Assembly: GCA_963796955.1 (NCBI GenBank)
Contig: CAWCNJ010000006.1
Location: 64,001 to 128,000 of the forward strand
Origin: Endomicrobiales bacterium
Lineage (GTDB): Bacteria > Elusimicrobiota > Endomicrobiia > Endomicrobiales > JALOBY01
Direction of reading: 5' to 3'
Length of the DNA stretch: 64,000 bases
The notes under the pieces were generated by a model, which made no database searches, was not told the origin of the DNA, and worked only from the letters and a program-made list of their open reading frames with translations. The translations under genes and the position numbers were made by a program. This document shows, one piece after another, positions 63,201 to 64,000 of this stretch (positions within the stretch are counted from its first letter, which is position 1; each line of letters starts with the position of its first letter).

Positions 63201-64000
63201 CAGCGGCGGTTACCAACGTGCCGCTACCAATGGTTATATGGCAAGCCTTGCCTGGGGCGACCTTAACAATGACGGTAAGCCTGACTTGGTAATGAACGGC
63301 GCGACTATTGGCGGCACAAACACCTCACGCACATACACTAACAACGGGAACGGCACATTTACCGCGGCTGATATTTCTCCGGGTTGGGGTGTTAATGGCG
63401 CTGTGGCCATCGGAGATATTGACAACGACGGCGACGAAGATATTATTGCAGAGGGCACTCAGGCTTCTAACAGCGCAATATACTTGCGTGCCTTCCGTAA
63501 CAGAAACAACGATATGGGCAATGTTAACGTTGCACCCAGCGCCCCAAGCGGTATGTTGTCGCAGGTTTCGTATTCTGTAACATCATCCACCATAATTATC
63601 ACCTGGCCGCCATCTCAATACGACAGCGGCATGTCTTCCTGCTCGCTTTCTTATCAGGTAGCTGTTGCCACGATGTCTATGACGCTGGCCTCGAACCAGA
63701 CGTTGATACAATCCCCCACATCATTCATGACCCCATGGGCCAGTGAAGGCGACAGCTACGGCACATTCAACCGCCCGCCGGTAAAGGTGTGGGGAACAGA
63801 TGTTACGCCTAAACATGGCTACCAGCTGAACTTAAGCACCAACTCAATAAAAGCCAACACCACCTATTATTACCGCGTGCAGACAATAGACAGCAGCCTT
63901 GCAAGAAGCAACTGGTCAACGGAATTTACGTATTTCACGGGCACACCGCCCTCTGGCGTAACAGACCTGTATGCAACCGCCGGCGGAATCGGCACTGGTG
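50902..64000 (+). CDS. Giant FG-GAP/FN3 surface protein, 3' segment in frame +1, open to window end
   Basis: Frame +1 reads AEDSFGLTSSTSTALVSGGLAVLAYKTPFD... to ...TDLYATAGGIGTG with six more propellers; ORF track lists no + frame-1 ORF here, consistent with no stop codon. Confidence 0.88.

Noticed and set aside
51000..64000. Short ORFs on both strands listed in this region
   Set aside because: Shadow ORFs of the continuous frame +1 giant gene
43880..64000. Diversity-generating retroelement acting on the giant gene
   Set aside because: No reverse transcriptase in the window and no repeat pair with adenine-specific mismatches seen

Overview
Bacterial chromosomal window, almost entirely + strand; gene style and the giant Thr/Ser-rich surface gene suggest Elusimicrobiota or a similar lineage (inference only). 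Order: hisG (5'-truncated), gltX, tRNA-Gln(CTG), Pls/PosA-type membrane NRPS with a PPTase, nitroreductase, a Y1/RAYT-type transposase bounded by 32-bp inverted repeats with an IS3 inserted in the right repeat, two envelope genes, msrAB and an arsenosugar-type cluster (GT2, DUF2064-ArsS fusion, VTT, flavin disulfide reductase), rubredoxin, an Ehr/Hyf-like complex, SulP, PPi-PFK, ygiQ/prmA flanked by structured repeats, glnS, FecR-domain gene, ABC-F, receiver protein, a 21-aa basic peptide, typA followed by a one-gene AAA cassette, and a >20 kb FG-GAP/FN3 giant gene with one frameshift that runs off the window end. Best leads: an Ehr small subunit with three of four Fe-S Cys ligands replaced by Asp; a TIR-bounded HUH transposase; a covarying structured repeat family; a cassette that duplicates the typA 3' end with only synonymous changes; and a >6,700-aa nine-propeller protein largely missed by the ORF track.
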